A DNA stretch of 64,000 nucleotides from Candidatus Desulfaltia sp. (lineage in GTDB: Bacteria > Desulfobacterota > Desulfobacteria > Desulfobacterales > ETH-SRB1). A program made the position numbers and the translations under genes. Within the stretch, counting starts at the first letter, position 1. The number at the start of each line of letters is the position of its first letter. The notes below the pieces were generated by a model. That model had not been told where the DNA came from, searched no databases, and saw only the letters and a program-made list of their open reading frames with translations. Of the stretch, positions 1 through 10,682 are shown piece by piece. The DNA is taken from contig JAUSPN010000049.1 of the NCBI GenBank assembly GCA_030656555.1, positions 36,625 through 100,624 on the forward strand, written 5' to 3'.

Positions 1-153
1 TTAATATTCTAATGCGTTTCATCTTGTTGGCATCCTTCTTTTTCTCTTAGATAGCGCTTTTTGGTGAAAACATATCTGCGTTCATTTGTGTGAATCTGTG
101 GCTGAATGATTGTTTTTTATATTCTTCGTGTGTTTCGTGGTGAATATTTATCA

Positions 154-1545
154 TTATAATTTAACTGTTATATAATAACTCTGATCGCCGCGCTGCAATA
201 AAACAACCACCGAGTTTTTAAGGCGATATTTTACAACCGCTTTTTCAAAATCCTTTACGCTGCCAACAACCATTTCATCAATTTGTTGTATTATATCACC
301 TGATTTTACGCCGATACGCGCCAGATAGGATTGACGATTAATCGATGAAATTACCACGCCTGTTTTTGCGGATGTTTGACCTTGAAAACGTTTTATTAAA
401 GACAGGTTTTCAACCTTTATCCCAAGAAGATTGAAGGCAAGTTCCCTGGCCAGCTCTTCAGGGAACACGGCCGCTGTTGTTGAAACAGTAAACACTTTGT
501 TGTTTCGCCAGAGCTCTATTTTGATATCATCCCCTTTGGCATAATTTTTCATGGCTGTATGGTAATGCTCAATCGAAGGGGTACTCCTGGAGCCGACAGA
601 CAGAATAATATCACCGTCCAGGACACCTGCTTTGTGGCCGGGGCCTCCCTTTGAGATCTCTTTAACAACCACACCCTTGAGTTCAGAAGCTTTCATGTAT
701 TGAGCAAGTCTTTTATCAAGGTTTTGCACGGTTATACCAAGCCATATTTGAACAACCTCGCCGTATTGAATAAGGTCTGACACAATCCTTTTTGCTTTGT
801 TAATGGGTATGGCAAATCCTATTCCCTGTGCTTTTGCATAAATTGCAGTATTAATGCCGATAAGTTCGCCGTTTATGTTCAGAAGCGCTCCTCCGCTGTT
901 GCCGGGATTAATTGAGGCGTCTAATTGTATAAAATCATGATAAACAGCGTTGTCTGTCCTGATGCTTCGGTTTATTGAGCTTATAACCCCTGTTGTTACT
1001 GTATTGGAAAATCCGAACGGATTACCTATAGCTATAATAGTTTCTCCTATCATAAGGTCGTCGGAGTCGCCCATTTCTATAGACGGAAGAGAGTTTTTTG
1101 ACGATATTCGCAGCACAGCCAGATCAGAATCAGGATCAGCGCCTATAATCATGGCATCAAATTTACGCTCATCGTTTAGAATAACTGTTATTGTAGTGCT
1201 TTTTGCGAGTACATGCGCATTTGTGAGAATAAGGCCCCGTTTTCCATCAATAATAACTCCTGATCCAAGACTGGTCCTTTTGTAGCGCTGTTCAAAACCG
1301 GGATCAAAAAAGTCTTTAAAAAAGGAATCAAACAATGGCTCTATCCTGAATCCGGAGAAAGGATTGGCGCGTCTGCGAACCTCATATTCCGAATTTATGT
1401 TTACAACCGCGGGGCTGACCTTGCGCACAGCCCTGACAACAGGGTTTTCCCGTTCATATTCCGCTGCAGAGCATGGAAAAGAAATGGTTAGTATTGCAAT
1501 AAAGGCTATAATTAAATGGATAAATTTCTTATATATGTGTATCAT
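154..1545 (-). CDS. degP: HtrA/DegP (Do-family) periplasmic serine protease with two PDZ domains
   Basis: Signal peptide; LGSGVII, TNAHV (His), SDLAV (Asp), INPGNSGGAL (Ser); two C-terminal PDZ-like segments. Confidence 0.93.
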   Translation of the reverse strand: MIHIYKKFIHLIIAFIAILTISFPCSAAEYERENPVVRAVRKVSPAVVNINSEYEVRRRANPFSGFRIEPLFDSFFKDFFDPGFEQRYKRTSLGSGVIIDGKRGLILTNAHVLAKSTTITVILNDERKFDAMIIGADPDSDLAVLRISSKNSLPSIEMGDSDDLMIGETIIAIGNPFGFSNTVTTGVISSINRSIRTDNAVYHDFIQLDASINPGNSGGALLNINGELIGINTAIYAKAQGIGFAIPINKAKRIVSDLIQYGEVVQIWLGITVQNLDKRLAQYMKASELKGVVVKEISKGGPGHKAGVLDGDIILSVGSRSTPSIEHYHTAMKNYAKGDDIKIELWRNNKVFTVSTTAAVFPEELARELAFNLLGIKVENLSLIKRFQGQTSAKTGVVISSINRQSYLARIGVKSGDIIQQIDEMVVGSVKDFEKAVVKYRLKNSVVVLLQRGDQSYYITVKL

Positions 1546-1639
1546 GGCCGAGACTCTTGCTTTTGTGTTTTGATTAACTGCGAACGGTTACAAAAAAGGT
1601 TTGTACAAGATTGTAAAATGATTATTATAACATAATATC

Positions 1640-4165
1640 ATGAAAATTAAAACATTTCAAGACATCCTACCGATGGTAGAACGGCCAAGTCGATATCTGG
1701 GTACGGAGACAAACTCCATAAAAAAAGATCCGAACAAGGTCAGGCTAAAGGTCGCTCTTGCATTTCCGGATCTATACGAAATAGGTACATCACATTTCGG
1801 ACTTCAGATACTTTATCATATCCTCAACAAACACAAAGAGATAGCCGCTGAAAGGGTTTACGCTCCAGACGTTGACATGGAGTCTTATTTGAGGTCGTCA
1901 CATATGCCCCTTGTGTCCATGGAATCACATAAACCGCTTAAAAGTTTTGATATTATCGGTTTCAGCCTGCTTTACGAGCTGAATTATACTAATGTTCTTA
2001 CAATGCTCGATCTTTCGGGCATACCGTTTTTTTCTTCAGAAAGGGATGGTTTGTTTCCGCTGATTATAGCTGGTGGTCCCTGTACATGTAATCCAGAGCC
2101 TGTAGCCGATTTTTTTGACGTTATGGTTGTCGGAGACGGCGAAAAGGTGATAGTCGACATATCAAAGGCTTGGCTTACATGGAAAGAGGATGGTAGTGAA
2201 GACAAAGGTGTCCTTTTAAAACAATTGTCTTTAATTAAAGGGGTTTATGTGCCGGCGTTTTTTGATTTGGCAGGCAGCAGTGCGGGAAGCAAAACATTTT
2301 TTCAGATCCCGCAACCCAGATTTTCAGACTATAAGGTTATTGCAAGAGAAATAATCGCGGATCTTGACACAGCTCCCTTTCCTGATGCTCCGATAATCCC
2401 GTTCGGCAAACCTGTACATGATCGTCTTCGTCTTGAGATCGCAAGGGGATGCACCAGGGGCTGCCGATTTTGTCAGGCAGGGATGATATATCGACCAGTG
2501 CGTGAACGGTCGGTAAAGAAACTGCTTAACCTGTTTGACACTTCATGTGACGCTACAGGTTATGAAGATCTTTCGTTGTTGTCGCTGAGTACCGCAGATT
2601 ATAGTTCTATTATCTCCCTGATGAACCAGCTAATGTCTCGATGTGAACCCAGACATATTGCTGTTTCTTTACCTTCGTTACGTGCCGGCACGTTGACCCC
2701 CGAACTGATTAATATCATAAAAAAGGTCAGAAAAACAGGTTTTACTATTGCTCCTGAAGCCGGTAGTCAGAGGCTTAGGGATGTTATCAACAAGAATATT
2801 ACAGAAGAGGAAATCGTTGAGACGGTACAGGATGTCTTTGATCTGGGTTGGCTGGTGATAAAATTATATTTTATGATAGGTCTTCCATCAGAAACCGAAG
2901 AGGATCTTCTGGCTATTGTTGAGCTTGTTAAGAAGCTTCGTAAGATTAAAACCCGGTCAGGGCGCAAGGGCCAAATAAATGTCAGCGTGGCGACATTTAT
3001 TCCAAAACCGCATACACCTTTTCAATGGGCTCCTCAGATATCTCTGACTGAATCAAGGGAAAAGATAGAAAGGCTACGGGCAAACTTAAAAATACCTGGA
3101 ATTCGTTTTAAGTGGCAAAATCCCGAAGTGAGTATGCTCGAGGGCCTTTTTGCACGGGGAGACAGGAGGCTTAGCTGTTTGCTGGTGGATGCATACAAAA
3201 AAGGTTGTAAGTTTGACGGCTGGAGCGACAGGTTTCAATATGGATTATGGGAAAAAGCCTTTTTTGATCAGGGGCTTGATGTAGATCGTTATACAACCCG
3301 CGCAAGGGATGTTACAGACCGGTTGCCATGGGATCATATCGACACAGGGGTAACAAAAGAATTTTTAAAGCTTGAATGGGAAAAGGCAGAGTGCGGCGAA
3401 CATACGCCGGACTGTCGCAGGGGTGATTGCAACACCTGTGGAGTATGCGACTTTAAAACTATTGAGCCAAAAGTGCTTCAATCCGGCAAGGATATGGTTA
3501 ATGAGCGTTTATACAAAAAAAGAGGCGCGTCAGATGAAGAAGCCGGAGCTTATACAATGATTAGGCTTTTTTATTCGAAACAGAGCCATGCAAAATATTT
3601 TGGGCACCTGGAACTTGTAAATATCTTTTTACGTGCCTTGAGGCGGGCAGGCATATCGGTAAAGTTTACGGAAGGTTTTCATCCCATGCCTAAGGTGTCT
3701 TTTGAGGATGCTCTTCCAATAGGTATGGAAAGCCTGAACGAATCATTGTCTGTGGTGGTTTGCGGCAGTGTCAAACCAAACGCCGTGACAACCTCTTTAA
3801 ACAAACATCTTCCGAAAGGTCTTTTAGTGAAAGATTGTCAAATATCTTCTTCAAAGCCGGACATTAAACGGCAAAAATCCGCCACATATTTCGTGGAACT
3901 AAAAGAGGGTTGTTTTGACAAGCAAAAGTTAAACGATTTTATAAAAAGTCCCGATTTTGTAAAAACCCGTGTTAATCGAAAAGGCAAGGTAAAAAAGATA
4001 GATTTTAAGGACATGGTTTTAAAGATTAATTTAACCGAACCTAGCAAAATGATGATAAGTCTCAGGTCTGAGCCCGGTAGAACAGCAAGGCCGTTTGAGA
4101 TTATAAAGGAGATTTTTAACCTTTCCGAAGAGATAATGAAACAGGCAACAATAATAAAACAGTGA
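1640..4165 (+). CDS. Radical SAM protein (TIGR03960-like) fused to a C-terminal radical SAM-linked domain (TIGR03936/DUF2344-like)
   Basis: RGCTRGCRFC CxxxCxxC motif; N-terminal FPDLYEIGTSHFG; C-terminal YFGHLEL..RALRRA..FTEGFHPMPK. Confidence 0.9.
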   Translation: MKIKTFQDILPMVERPSRYLGTETNSIKKDPNKVRLKVALAFPDLYEIGTSHFGLQILYHILNKHKEIAAERVYAPDVDMESYLRSSHMPLVSMESHKPLKSFDIIGFSLLYELNYTNVLTMLDLSGIPFFSSERDGLFPLIIAGGPCTCNPEPVADFFDVMVVGDGEKVIVDISKAWLTWKEDGSEDKGVLLKQLSLIKGVYVPAFFDLAGSSAGSKTFFQIPQPRFSDYKVIAREIIADLDTAPFPDAPIIPFGKPVHDRLRLEIARGCTRGCRFCQAGMIYRPVRERSVKKLLNLFDTSCDATGYEDLSLLSLSTADYSSIISLMNQLMSRCEPRHIAVSLPSLRAGTLTPELINIIKKVRKTGFTIAPEAGSQRLRDVINKNITEEEIVETVQDVFDLGWLVIKLYFMIGLPSETEEDLLAIVELVKKLRKIKTRSGRKGQINVSVATFIPKPHTPFQWAPQISLTESREKIERLRANLKIPGIRFKWQNPEVSMLEGLFARGDRRLSCLLVDAYKKGCKFDGWSDRFQYGLWEKAFFDQGLDVDRYTTRARDVTDRLPWDHIDTGVTKEFLKLEWEKAECGEHTPDCRRGDCNTCGVCDFKTIEPKVLQSGKDMVNERLYKKRGASDEEAGAYTMIRLFYSKQSHAKYFGHLELVNIFLRALRRAGISVKFTEGFHPMPKVSFEDALPIGMESLNESLSVVVCGSVKPNAVTTSLNKHLPKGLLVKDCQISSSKPDIKRQKSATYFVELKEGCFDKQKLNDFIKSPDFVKTRVNRKGKVKKIDFKDMVLKINLTEPSKMMISLRSEPGRTARPFEIIKEIFNLSEEIMKQATIIKQ

Positions 4166-4413
4166 TCAAAAGTTGAATTCGGCTCCTTTGCTGTCGCGAC
4201 ATTGATAGAAATCAAGGGCACGAAATTTGAGTTGGTGCTTTTGACAAGATTTCGTTATATTATAAATTGTTAACAATGCTAAATTTTTGGCGCTTGACTT
4301 TATAATTGACTTATGATTATTTTATCAGTTTAAAAACAACTTATTGGGCGTTTTTGCTGCGAGATCCTTGAGAAATGTTTACCGCTAAAAGCGGTATTAA
4401 GCTTGATAATGAA

Positions 4414-4500
4414 TTAAAGAACTCTGTAGCAATCTACGGGGAATCTTCGACCGTAAGGATGTTAGCTGTTTTTAGATTAGCTTGCTATTGCGGTTCAATA
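4414..4500 (-). repeat. Dispersed MITE-like repeat, copy 1
   Basis: Reverse complement TATTGAACCGCAATAGCAAGCTAATCTAAAAA...CCTTACGGTCGAAGATTCCCCG matches 29754-29867 and 59440-59560. Confidence 0.7.
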
Positions 4501-4548
4501 CAACGCAAAAGATTTCTCAATAAACACATAATTTAGGGGATATGTAAT

Positions 4549-4683
4549 ATGAAAAGAACCTATCAGCCAAGCAGGATAAAGCGTGCCAGAACGCACGGTT
4601 TTTTGAAAAGGATGTCAACAAAACAGGGTAGAAGGGTTATTAACAGGCGTAGAGCTAAAGGCAGAAACCGTTTGAGCGTTTAA
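4549..4683 (+). CDS. rpmH: 50S ribosomal protein L34 (not in ORF track)
   Basis: Hand translation [44 protein letters not shown] (44 aa); canonical position before rnpA. Confidence 0.97.
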   Translation: MKRTYQPSRIKRARTHGFLKRMSTKQGRRVINRRRAKGRNRLSV

Positions 4684-4729
4684 ACACAATACATCATAAA
4701 ATCGATTGGTTGCAAGGGTTTCAAGGTTG

Positions 4730-5098
4730 ATGTCTCGTGAGATTTTTTTTACCAAGGCGGATAGACTATTAAAGCGCCCAGATTTTCTAAGCTTGACGGC
4801 AAAAGGCAGGCGATGCAAAAACAACAATTTTATTGCAGTTTTTGCTTTGGATAAAACCGAAAGAACGCGCCTTGGTATTACTGTTTCAAAAAAGGTTGGA
4901 AACGCTGTCGTTCGCAACAGGATTAAACGATTTACCCGTGAATATTTTCGACTCAACAGGCACAAAAATACAGGGAAAGTGGATATAAACATCATAGCAA
5001 AGAAGGAGGCTGTCAACCTGTCATCAGCCCAGGCTTTTTTGTCCCTGCAAAACATTTTTGACCAAATTACCAAGATTACAAGGAGTCTTTATCATTAA
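4730..5098 (+). CDS. rnpA: Ribonuclease P protein component
   Basis: [21 protein letters not shown] (RNR motif); synteny; start may be 4706. Confidence 0.95.
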   Translation: MSREIFFTKADRLLKRPDFLSLTAKGRRCKNNNFIAVFALDKTERTRLGITVSKKVGNAVVRNRIKRFTREYFRLNRHKNTGKVDINIIAKKEAVNLSSAQAFLSLQNIFDQITKITRSLYH

Positions 5099-5102
5099 CA
5101 AA

Positions 5103-5315
5103 ATGTTTCAGATACTTGCTCTGTTTACTATAAGGGCATATCAATATGTTTTGTCTCCTGTTTTGAGTCCGTCGTGCCGTTTTTATCCAACCTGTTCCGA
5201 GTATGCCTATCAGGCTGTTTTACGTTATGGACCGCTAAAGGGATCGTTCCTTGCTTTAAAAAGAATTTTGCGATGCCACCCGTTTAATTCGGGAGGAGTC
5301 GATCCTGTCCCTTAA
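5103..5315 (+). CDS. yidD: Membrane protein insertion efficiency factor YidD
   Basis: [10 protein letters not shown] and [14 protein letters not shown]; between rnpA and yidC; start uncertain. Confidence 0.92.
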   Translation: MFQILALFTIRAYQYVLSPVLSPSCRFYPTCSEYAYQAVLRYGPLKGSFLALKRILRCHPFNSGGVDPVP

Positions 5316-5507
5316 CCGGATGGCCGTGAATGGGGTCAGGCAGGCCTGTGCTGTCAGGCTCATTGAAAAACAAATAATATTAGAGATCCTTGTATCCCCT
5401 AATAGGCCACTCAAAGATTCTGCCAATGCAACCAATCTGTTTCAGCAGGTTTTAATGAACTTGAACCGACAATAATTTTTACTAAGTATAAAATTTAGGA
5501 GTATATT

Positions 5508-7166
5508 ATGGATTTTCGTCGTTTAGCTATAGCTATTGTTCTTTGTTTGATTGTTTTTGTTTCGTGGGAAATGTTCTTTATGGACAAAAAAGTTATTCAA
5601 TCCCCAAGCAAAAGCCTACAAACTGAACAGACGGCAAAAGAGACACTGTTTAATAAAGATCTTGAGAAGAGTATTATTAACAAGAAGATGATACCTGAAA
5701 AGAGCAACGTGTTGAAACCTGTAAAAAAAGCCAGAACAATTACTGTCAATACCCCTTTATATTCGGTTAAAATTTCAGAAAAGGGAGCGGCCTTTAACAG
5801 TTTTGCTCTAAAGGATTACAAAACAACCAACGAGGACAATTCATCTTTATATGAAATGATACCCCCAGAGATACAGGATCAGGGAACCGTTCTGCTCGGG
5901 CTTGCCGACAACAGCCTGCCCGGCCTGAAACAAGCGGTTTTTAGTGTAAACAACGATGCCGATGCCATTAACGTTAGCAATCAACCGGAAAAAATTACAT
6001 TTTCCTGGGTATCTGAAAACGGTGTAATTGTAGAGAAAAGCTTTGTTTTTTCTCCTGAAACATATCTGATTGGGCTCGATATCACAATTAAAAACGGTTC
6101 TAATCAAACAATAGAGGATAATCTAATACTGTCGTTAATGAAAATATATTCTAAAAAAAAGGAAACGTATGGGTTTGATGGCCCGAGCGCTTTGATTAAT
6201 GATTCTCTTGAGCAGATCGAGGCCAAGAAAATAAAAGACAAAAACATATATGCAGGGACTCTGCAATGGGTTACGGTTCAGAATCGTTACTTTATGTCAA
6301 GCATTATTCCTACCAACCCTGTTGAAGCGACCATGCGTCTTTTCCTTCAGGACGACCTGTTGGAAGCTCAGTACATGCACCCGAAAACCATAATAAGACA
6401 GGGGATGCAGCATGATTATGAATACAAACTGTTTTTTGGTCCTAAAAGAACAGATATCCTCAAGCAAATAAATTATAACCTTGCCGATGCGATTAATTTT
6501 GGAATGTTTGATGTTATTGCCAAACCATGCCTCTGGTTTATGAATTTTCTATACAGAACTATCCCTAACTATGGTGTGGCCATTATTATTTTAACCATAC
6601 TGACAAAAGTTGTTTTCTGGCCTCTTGGTACAAAGAGCTATAAAACAATGAACGAAATGAAAAAGATTCAACCGCTGTTAAAGGAGATAAGAGCAAAGCA
6701 TAAAAACGATAAAAAGAAGATGCAGGAAGAAACTATGGCTTTACATAAAACGTACAAGATAAATCCTCTGGGCGGATGTCTTCCCATGCTTGTGCAGATA
6801 CCTGTGTTTTTCGCGCTTTATCGCATGTTGTATGAAGCTATAGAGCTCAGACACGCTCCTTTTTTTGGCTGGATCACAGACCTGTCTGCTCCGGATCGCC
6901 TTTTTCATTTTGGTTTTTCTGTCCCGATGATGGAACCGCCTTACGGCATTCCTGTCTTAACTATTATTATGGGCGCCTCCATGTTTCTGCAGCAGCAAAT
7001 GTCACCGCCCGTAGGTGATCCTGCCCAAGCCAAGATGATGAAGTTTCTGCCGATTGTTTTTACAGTGATATTTATAAACTTTTCTTCCGGACTTGTTTTG
7101 TACTGGTTGATAAACAATATCCTGTCTATTGCGCAACAATATTATATTATAAAAAAGAAAGCTTAA
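5508..7166 (+). CDS. yidC: Membrane protein insertase YidC
   Basis: NYGVAIIILT, NPLGGCLPMLVQIPVFFALY, WITDLSAPD, SGLVLYW. Confidence 0.97.
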   Translation: MDFRRLAIAIVLCLIVFVSWEMFFMDKKVIQSPSKSLQTEQTAKETLFNKDLEKSIINKKMIPEKSNVLKPVKKARTITVNTPLYSVKISEKGAAFNSFALKDYKTTNEDNSSLYEMIPPEIQDQGTVLLGLADNSLPGLKQAVFSVNNDADAINVSNQPEKITFSWVSENGVIVEKSFVFSPETYLIGLDITIKNGSNQTIEDNLILSLMKIYSKKKETYGFDGPSALINDSLEQIEAKKIKDKNIYAGTLQWVTVQNRYFMSSIIPTNPVEATMRLFLQDDLLEAQYMHPKTIIRQGMQHDYEYKLFFGPKRTDILKQINYNLADAINFGMFDVIAKPCLWFMNFLYRTIPNYGVAIIILTILTKVVFWPLGTKSYKTMNEMKKIQPLLKEIRAKHKNDKKKMQEETMALHKTYKINPLGGCLPMLVQIPVFFALYRMLYEAIELRHAPFFGWITDLSAPDRLFHFGFSVPMMEPPYGIPVLTIIMGASMFLQQQMSPPVGDPAQAKMMKFLPIVFTVIFINFSSGLVLYWLINNILSIAQQYYIIKKKA

Positions 7167-7181
7167 TAAAGGAGGTTATAT

Positions 7182-7973
7182 ATGTCGCCTTCTTTGGAAT
7201 TTGAAGGTAAAGATATTGAGCAGGCGGTCAAGAATGCCTGCTCTGCACTTAATGTGCCCAAAGAAAAACTCAAACACGATGTTATTTCTTATGGATCTAC
7301 CGGTATTTTCGGGTTGGTCGGAGCCAAGAAAGCAAAGATACGGGTTAAGGAGCCCGGGTCTTTGCGCGAAATCAGACCGGAGACGGTCGGTAAAGAGCAG
7401 CCGGAAAAGGTTAGCAAAGAGCAGCCGAACACTATTGATGATGACGATAAATCATTAAAAGAAGCACCTGTAACCACGGCAACAGCTCCGGATGATTTTA
7501 AACCGGTCAATCTTGGAAGGGATGTTTTGCAGCATATAGTTGATTGCATTACTACTGATACAACAACATTGATTGAACGGGACGAGGACAGAATATTGTT
7601 CAGGGTGAAGGGAGACAACCCTGCGCTTTTAATCGGTAAACACGGACAGACACTTGAGGCCATACAATATCTGGTTGAAAAAATCATCAATAAAAACAGC
7701 GAGCAAAGAATACGCATACAGGTAGATGTGGATGGTTATCTGGACAACAGACAGACAAGTTTGCAAAAACTTGTCGGACGGCTTGCTAAAAAAGCCAAGC
7801 AAACAGGTAAACCTGTGACAATAGGTCAAATGAATGCTTATGACAGAAGAATTGTGCATCTTTCCTTAAAGGATGATAGCGAAATTAGAACCAAGAGTAT
7901 CGGCAACGGCTATATCAAGAAGTTGATGATATTTCCCAGAAAAAATTCTATCAAAGAGAAAGCCTCTGGCTGA
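7182..7973 (+). CDS. jag: RNA-binding protein Jag/EloR (KH + R3H)
   Basis: Jag N-terminus, LIGKHGQTLEAIQYL (KH), MNAYDRRIVH (R3H). Confidence 0.93.
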   Translation: MSPSLEFEGKDIEQAVKNACSALNVPKEKLKHDVISYGSTGIFGLVGAKKAKIRVKEPGSLREIRPETVGKEQPEKVSKEQPNTIDDDDKSLKEAPVTTATAPDDFKPVNLGRDVLQHIVDCITTDTTTLIERDEDRILFRVKGDNPALLIGKHGQTLEAIQYLVEKIINKNSEQRIRIQVDVDGYLDNRQTSLQKLVGRLAKKAKQTGKPVTIGQMNAYDRRIVHLSLKDDSEIRTKSIGNGYIKKLMIFPRKNSIKEKASG

Positions 7974-8007
7974 ACCGGTTTCAGAAACATGTTCTCAAAG
8001 GTTTTAA

Positions 8008-9420
8008 ATGGACAATCACACCATTGCTGCTGTTGCGACGCCAATAGGTCAAGGTGGTATCGGTATTGTCAGGATTTCCGGTAAAAAGGCATTAAGAATA
8101 GCCACAACCATTTTTAGAAGATATTCTTTTTCCTCTGATCACACAGATACATGCGACTTTTCTTTTGCAAGATTTAAATCCCATCGGTTATACCATGGAT
8201 ATGTTGTTGATCCGGCAAACGGGCGGCGGCTCGACGAGGTGCTTTTGGCAATTATGAAGGCGCCACGTTCATATACCCGTGAGGATGTCGTAGAGATACA
8301 GGCTCATTCGGGGCCTGTGGTATTAAGTTCTATTTTGGAACTGGTGTTAAAAAACGGCGCCAGACTTGCCGAGCCGGGCGAGTTTACAAAGAGAGCATAT
8401 ATAAACGGCCGCATTGATCTTACACAGGCTGAAGCGGTTGTTGACATTATCAATGCCAGGACAAACAAATCGCTAGAAATCGCTACGGCTCAGCTAAAAG
8501 GTGATATGCGAATGAGCATTGAAACAATAAAGGGTTCGCTGTTTGATGTTTTTGCTGAAATAAATGCAGCCATAGATTTTCCGGATGATGTTACAGAGAT
8601 TGTCGATGTTGATACACCAATCAAAACACTCCAGGACAAGATTGTCGCAAGGTTAAAAGAGCTGATAGAGCGATATGAAAACGCCCATGTTTTGAGAGAC
8701 GGTCTCAAGCTGGTTGTTGTGGGCCGTCCAAACGTCGGAAAATCAAGCCTTATGAATCGTCTGCTCCAAAAGGAGCGAGCTATTGTTGCTTCAATGCCAG
8801 GCACTACAAGAGACTTTATAGAAGAGCCGTTAGGCATCAGGGGCATTCCTGTGATTATTACAGACACCGCTGGTCTGCATGAAACAGATGACCCTGTTGA
8901 GGTTCTCGGCATAAAAAAGACTTATGAGCACACAGACCTGTCTGATCTGGTTTTGTTTGTGCTTAATGCAGACTGCCGGATAACAGAGGAAGACTATAAG
9001 ATATATGAAAGGATCAGCAACAGGAAGCTTATAATAGTTATAAACAAATCGGATCTTGTAGATGATAAATACAAACTTGAGATGCCGAATTCCTGGATTA
9101 ATATTCCGCAAGTTAAAATATCGGCTCTTTATGGCCAGGGGCTTGACAGGCTTAAAGATTTGATAGCAAAAACAGTCCTTAGTGAACACTGTTTCGACAC
9201 TGAACATACAGTTGTTCCAAATTTAAGGCACAAGATAGCTCTTGAGAGAAGTCTTCAGGCTGCATCATTAGCTGTTGAAGGAATGCAAAGGCGAACACCA
9301 TTTGAGTTGATTTCCATCGATATTAAGGAGGCTATTGATTCGCTGGAAGAAATCACAGGCGTTATTGCCAACGAGGAGATGCTGGACAGGATTTTCAGCA
9401 GATTTTGTATAGGCAAATAA
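8008..9420 (+). CDS. mnmE: tRNA modification GTPase MnmE
   Basis: GRPNVGKSS, PGTTRD, DTAG, NKSD and C-terminal FCIGK. Confidence 0.97.
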   Translation: MDNHTIAAVATPIGQGGIGIVRISGKKALRIATTIFRRYSFSSDHTDTCDFSFARFKSHRLYHGYVVDPANGRRLDEVLLAIMKAPRSYTREDVVEIQAHSGPVVLSSILELVLKNGARLAEPGEFTKRAYINGRIDLTQAEAVVDIINARTNKSLEIATAQLKGDMRMSIETIKGSLFDVFAEINAAIDFPDDVTEIVDVDTPIKTLQDKIVARLKELIERYENAHVLRDGLKLVVVGRPNVGKSSLMNRLLQKERAIVASMPGTTRDFIEEPLGIRGIPVIITDTAGLHETDDPVEVLGIKKTYEHTDLSDLVLFVLNADCRITEEDYKIYERISNRKLIIVINKSDLVDDKYKLEMPNSWINIPQVKISALYGQGLDRLKDLIAKTVLSEHCFDTEHTVVPNLRHKIALERSLQAASLAVEGMQRRTPFELISIDIKEAIDSLEEITGVIANEEMLDRIFSRFCIGK

Positions 9421-9436
9421 TGTTTCACGTGAAACA
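9421..9436. promoter_or_regulatory. parS centromere-like site (ParB loading)
   Basis: TGTTTCACGTGAAACA, a perfect match to the 16-bp parS palindrome, immediately after the mnmE stop. Confidence 0.9.
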
Positions 9437-9624
9437 AGGCTAAAGGTTAAAAAAACAACCACGAAAACACGAGACAAGGAAATCACGACACAAAAAAAGA
9501 ATGTAAGTTTTATTTTTTTGCTCCCATATAAATTTTCGTGTTTTTGTGATAAATAAGCTTTGTTTAGTTTCCCGACAAATTGGGATTTTTACTTTGTTTA
9601 AACCGGCACGTCCGGGTTAGGAGC

Positions 9625-10335
9625 ATGATCGTGGAGATAGATTTTTCACCTTTTTTCAGGAAATATGAAGAGCTTGTGGCAATGTCGGATGCCGTTTTTG
9701 AACGCGTAAAAAAGGAACACCCAGAAGGTGTAACGTGTAAACAAGAGTGCTCCGACTGTTGTTATGCTCTTTTCGATCTTAGTTTGATTGAAGGATTGTA
9801 CATAAATTATCACTTCAACAAAAAATTTAAAGGAAAAGACAGAGACAGGCTTATTGACAAGTTAAACGAAGCAGACAGAGAAGCGCACAGGATAAAGAAA
9901 AAAGCATATAGAGATTTTGAAGCAGGAAAAAAAGAAGCTGACATATTAATGGATATAGCAGAGAAAAGGGTTAGATGCCCGCTGCTAAACGAGCAGAATC
10001 TTTGCGATATGTATGAATACAGGCCCATAACATGCCGATTGTACGGGATTCCAACCAGTATTGGCGGATCAGGTCATACCTGTGGCAAATCCGGTTTTGT
10101 TGAGGGCAGGCAGTATCCTACGGTAAATCTGGATATACTCCAGAACAATCTTTACAAAATATCTGCTGAGCTTGTAAAAGAAATTAAATCCAGCTATGTG
10201 AAAATGGCAGACATGCTTGTGCCTTTATCCATGGCTCTTATTACCAATTATGATGAAGAATTTTTTGGATTAAAAAACATCAAGAAAGACAGCTCTAAAG
10301 AAAAGCAGAAGGTCCAAAAGGAGCAGAAAAAATGA
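9625..10335 (+). CDS. YkgJ family cysteine-cluster protein
   Basis: CKQECSDCC, CPLL, CDMYEYRPITCRLY motifs. Confidence 0.85.
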   Translation: MIVEIDFSPFFRKYEELVAMSDAVFERVKKEHPEGVTCKQECSDCCYALFDLSLIEGLYINYHFNKKFKGKDRDRLIDKLNEADREAHRIKKKAYRDFEAGKKEADILMDIAEKRVRCPLLNEQNLCDMYEYRPITCRLYGIPTSIGGSGHTCGKSGFVEGRQYPTVNLDILQNNLYKISAELVKEIKSSYVKMADMLVPLSMALITNYDEEFFGLKNIKKDSSKEKQKVQKEQKK

Positions 10336-10682
10336 CAAAAATGTCCCCTGAAGAGGAGGAAAGAAGAAAAAAAGCCATACTTGACGGCATGTCTCCGCGC
10401 CGCCGGGAACATATCCTGAAAAAAGGTTATGACAAATGGGATCCTTTTATCAAGCCAAACGATCCGATAGATATCAGGAAAGATGTGACAAACCGCACAA
10501 CACAGATGCTTATAAGGGAGTTTATGCAGGCCTGGAATCCTGAAGATTGGAGCAACGAATTCGGGGGGGGGGCCTTTGAGCTTTGCTATGGCATAATTAA
10601 CAGGAATGAAAAGGTTAGAGGCATGTTTGAGTTTGCATGCTGGTATAAGGAGCTCTTGAAAAAGGAAGGACATATTGAGTGA
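10332..10682 (+). CDS. Hypothetical protein
   Basis: 116 aa ORF overlapping both neighbours by 4 bp (translational coupling). Confidence 0.7.
   Translation: MTKMSPEEEERRKKAILDGMSPRRREHILKKGYDKWDPFIKPNDPIDIRKDVTNRTTQMLIREFMQAWNPEDWSNEFGGGAFELCYGIINRNEKVRGMFEFACWYKELLKKEGHIE

Noticed and set aside
1-22. Possible gene start MKRIRIL on the minus strand
   Set aside because: Only seven codons lie inside the window, too few to identify.
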